IMG/VR virus record: IMGVR_UViG_3300046710_000414
Span: 1 to 46,303 of that record
From: a virus
Lineage: Duplodnaviria; Caudoviricetes
Direction: 5' to 3' (one strand)
DNA length: 46,303 bases
Below, in pieces: positions 43,282 through 46,303 of the stretch (the stretch's first letter is position 1; every line of letters starts with the position of its first letter). Position numbers and translations under genes: made by a program. The notes below the pieces were generated by a model that was not told the origin of the DNA, ran no database searches, and saw only the letters and a program-made list of their open reading frames with translations.

Positions 43282-46215
43282 ATGGCAATAGGACCTTTAG
43301 AAAGTTTCGTATTTCCAGGTGTATACGCTAGAACTAACACTGAAGCTGCTGGAGCTAATGCAGCTGGTGATATACGTATACCAGCCTTTGTGGGCGTATC
43401 CGCTGAAACTGTTCGTATTGGCAACTTTGAAATGGTAAGGGGTTCATCAGCTATTTCTGATAATCTTATACTTGACGAAGATGTCAGTACTCAATTCACG
43501 GGTATGGAAAATACATTTGTAGTCGAGAATAAACCAATCGTAACTGGTGATGGTAGTGGTAAAGTAGCCACTACTCCTGGAAGTGTTATAGTTTCAATTA
43601 ACGGATTTAATGTTGCAGTTAACTCTGTAAATGGCCTTACTGGTGAGGTTACTCTTGTTCAGATCCCCGCAGTGGGTGATGAAGTAAGAGCGAATTATTA
43701 CTTCAAACGTCGTGATACCTTTATTGAAAATGAGGACATTTCTGTCCAAGTAGATGGTATTATTAATAGCTTCAAAGTAAAAAGCGATCGTATTGTAAAG
43801 GGTGATAATGGTGGAAGATCAGCAGTTGATTCAGACATCAATGGTACGACTACTATTTTATTTAACCCCGATCCATTAATCATCGGTGATGAATATGAAC
43901 GTCAGGTAAGAGTATTTCAGGTTAAAGTAAATGGTGTAGAAGTCCCAGTTACGCATCTTAATGGTTCAGATGCAATGTTCGTACTTCAAAATACTCCTGC
44001 GGTCTCGTCAGTTTTAACAGTTACTTACTTCACAAATACCTGGCAGGATACATATGATATTCTTCCGGCATCAATTGTTGAGCAACTGGTTAAGGTTGGT
44101 TTAAGTCAAGATACTAATGACTTTTCAATTGGTGATGATTGTGTGCTTGCAGGTAATAATAGAATTCATTGGGGAAATTCCTTCAATGCTGCTCAAGGTT
44201 TGTTTACCGCAGGATCTGTACCTCTTATAGATAATGTATCCGTATCACTTACCGATACACGTGTATATGGAAGAGTTGCTTCACCAGCAAGTCCTTATAC
44301 AGTTGGTGGGGTTATCCAAGTTAATACTAACGGAGAACAGATCAATCTTGCAGGTAATAAATCCTTTGCACTTCCTACGATGCCAGTTGATGGATCTGGG
44401 TTAGGTGTCTGGACAGAAGATCCCGCAAACATTATTGCTTATATTGGAACTGATTGGGCAGCAGCTTATACAGCTGGACCAAAATTCGTTTCAAAAATAT
44501 CTGGCAATATGATTACATTGACGGTGTCTCCTGATCAACCTACTGAAGAAATAGTTTTCGTAACATATTTCGAAAATCTTCTTCTGGATGATAAGTGGAC
44601 AATGACCAATAAAGTACCTGGTGGTGCAGGAATTGGTAAGTATACTATAACGTCAAGAGTCAGTGGTACTGCACTTGAGGTTAAATATGTCAGTGGGACA
44701 GTTTCTCCAATTTACTCTGGTTCAGGTACCCCTAATTTTCAAATTGATCCTCTTAAGGGATCGGTTGAACGTGTAATATTTACCTTTGATGGTGCAGGTG
44801 CCTTTACAGTTACTTCCCTTCTTGGTACAGGATTCACACTGCCTGGAAGAACTGGTTCAGTTACTGCATATAATCAAAATATTGGTTATTGTGGTAAGAC
44901 ATACGTTGATCCTATTACTGGATTACGAATTACTTTTTCTGGTGATACCGGAACTTTTAATCCTGGTGCAGGTACATTAGTAAGATATGATATAGGTGAT
45001 CCTACTGTGTCAGATGCCACACAAAAACTTTACATTACCGCTTCAGCAAGTAATGTTAGAGTAATTCCTGGTATCAATTTGGCAGTTCCTACAACAAGCG
45101 GTGGAACACCTGATAATACTGATGATACTGTGATCATTGATACTTATGTAAAATCTGGTAATGAGCCAGCAGTTGGTGATTTGTATTATGTTTCCTTTGA
45201 TAAGGTGAAAACAGATTATACAACACGATTCTTGACTAACATGAGAGATGTTACAAAGTATTATGGTCCTATGGACATTAATAATAAGCTGACTGTAGCT
45301 GCTAACTTAGCATTTTTAAATGGTGCTCAAGCAGTGGCCCTGAAGCAGATTAAACGTAGTGCTAATGGTACGGATGCTTCTGTTGCAGATTATATCTCAG
45401 GTATTGATGCTTTCAATGAACCTTTACCTAATGGTTTGAGACCTTCATTAATGCAACCTCTGACAACTAATTCAGAAGTTATAAGTTACCTCAAGACTTC
45501 AAATGCTATACAGTCAAGTATCCGGTATAAGAATGAGAGAACAAGTATCTTTGGTTTTTCAGTAGGTACGACCTCGGATCAAGTTATTCAAATGGTCCAG
45601 AATCTTAAAACTGAGAAACTCACTCCTATTTATCCTGATGGAGCGATTATAGGTATCGTGGATGCATATGGGAATGAAGTGGAATATGTTGTTGATGGTT
45701 CAATAATAGCTGCTGCTGTTGCTGGACGAGATGTATCTCAAGTTTCTGACATAGCGACTCCTCTGACCAATTCTACAATTGTTGGATTTAAGAGACTATA
45801 CCGGAGATTGGATAGCGTTAATGCAGCTCTTGTTGCTAATGCTGGGTGTACAGTTCTTGAAGAACAGGCTCCTGTTATAAAGATTCTTTTCTATCTGACA
45901 TCAGATACTTCAACAGCTTTAACGAGAGATCCTAGAATAGTAGAAGTTAAGCACTTTGTTCAGCAGGGTATTAGAAGATCTCTTGATAGATTCATTGGTT
46001 CTAAGAATCTTCCAAAAATGCAGTCTCAGGTCAGAGATTCTGTTGGGTCGTATTTTAAGTCACTGAAGCAAAAAGAGCTCATTGTTGATTTTACAGGTAT
46101 TAACGTAACTCAGAATCAACAAGATCCTAGTACTCTTGATGTAGAGGCATATTACAGCCCAGTATTTCCTTTGAACTGGATTGTAGTGACTTTGAATCTG
46201 AGACAGAGCCTTTAA
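43282..46215 (+). CDS. Tail sheath protein
   Basis: N-terminal FPGVY...IPAFVG; LAFLNGA; C-terminal LDRFIG...DPSTLDVEAYYSPVFPLNWIVVTLNL. Confidence 0.92.
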   Translation: MAIGPLESFVFPGVYARTNTEAAGANAAGDIRIPAFVGVSAETVRIGNFEMVRGSSAISDNLILDEDVSTQFTGMENTFVVENKPIVTGDGSGKVATTPGSVIVSINGFNVAVNSVNGLTGEVTLVQIPAVGDEVRANYYFKRRDTFIENEDISVQVDGIINSFKVKSDRIVKGDNGGRSAVDSDINGTTTILFNPDPLIIGDEYERQVRVFQVKVNGVEVPVTHLNGSDAMFVLQNTPAVSSVLTVTYFTNTWQDTYDILPASIVEQLVKVGLSQDTNDFSIGDDCVLAGNNRIHWGNSFNAAQGLFTAGSVPLIDNVSVSLTDTRVYGRVASPASPYTVGGVIQVNTNGEQINLAGNKSFALPTMPVDGSGLGVWTEDPANIIAYIGTDWAAAYTAGPKFVSKISGNMITLTVSPDQPTEEIVFVTYFENLLLDDKWTMTNKVPGGAGIGKYTITSRVSGTALEVKYVSGTVSPIYSGSGTPNFQIDPLKGSVERVIFTFDGAGAFTVTSLLGTGFTLPGRTGSVTAYNQNIGYCGKTYVDPITGLRITFSGDTGTFNPGAGTLVRYDIGDPTVSDATQKLYITASASNVRVIPGINLAVPTTSGGTPDNTDDTVIIDTYVKSGNEPAVGDLYYVSFDKVKTDYTTRFLTNMRDVTKYYGPMDINNKLTVAANLAFLNGAQAVALKQIKRSANGTDASVADYISGIDAFNEPLPNGLRPSLMQPLTTNSEVISYLKTSNAIQSSIRYKNERTSIFGFSVGTTSDQVIQMVQNLKTEKLTPIYPDGAIIGIVDAYGNEVEYVVDGSIIAAAVAGRDVSQVSDIATPLTNSTIVGFKRLYRRLDSVNAALVANAGCTVLEEQAPVIKILFYLTSDTSTALTRDPRIVEVKHFVQQGIRRSLDRFIGSKNLPKMQSQVRDSVGSYFKSLKQKELIVDFTGINVTQNQQDPSTLDVEAYYSPVFPLNWIVVTLNLRQSL

Positions 46216-46260
46216 TTAAGAACAACAGTAGAAAACAACTATTACAAGGAGATTTATATT

Positions 46261-46303
46261 ATGGATCGTATAGCATTAGCAAAAAGATTGGAGAGCTTAT
46301 CAA
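46261..46303 (+). CDS. 5' fragment of next gene (MDRIALAKRLESLS...)
   Basis: AAGGAG RBS then ATG; runs off the window. Confidence 0.65.
   Translation, partial: MDRIALAKRLESLS

Noticed and set aside
116-44980. Short antisense and alternate-frame ORFs in the track (e.g. 3092-3568, 3638-4147, 6535-6918, 30980-31330, 35513-35902)
   Set aside because: They overlap well-supported genes, lack recognisable motifs and mirror the codon bias of the real strand.
1-46303. Alternative genetic code, archaeal host, tRNA/rRNA genes
   Set aside because: TAA, TAG and TGA all end genes with dense coding under the standard code; -35/-10 promoters and hairpin-U terminators point to a bacterial host; no tRNA or rRNA pattern was seen in the short intergenic gaps.

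Overview
AT-rich segment of a large (probably jumbo) contractile-tailed bacteriophage, almost all on the + strand, standard genetic code, with bacterial Shine-Dalgarno sites. It is the virion morphogenesis region: intein-containing portal (5' end outside the window), intein-containing prohead protease, scaffold, head decoration protein, HK97-fold major capsid protein, neck/head-tail proteins, tail completion-like protein and tail sheath. Many accessory genes are interspersed: a 1754-aa multi-domain glycosyltransferase (with a third intein), a deoxyribosyltransferase-like/Acb1-like fusion, a zincin, a radical SAM enzyme, an actin-like ATPase, two FmdB zinc ribbons and free-standing homing endonucleases. 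A conserved 17-nt motif (TAATAATCTCTTAATAT) heads about ten transcription units and is the likely late promoter. The most unusual features are: (1) two endonuclease/DNA-modifier fusion genes (LAGLIDADG + amino-methyltransferase; Vsr-like nuclease + Mom-like), each with its own sigma70-type promoter sharing TTGA(C/A)ATACCC; (2) a shared amphipathic tag and K/R-x-A motif on many unrelated proteins, suggesting a capsid-cargo loading and processing code; (3) a giant protein glycosyltransferase together with G-x-T-G motifs in virion proteins. All product calls come from motif recognition by eye; no database searches were run.
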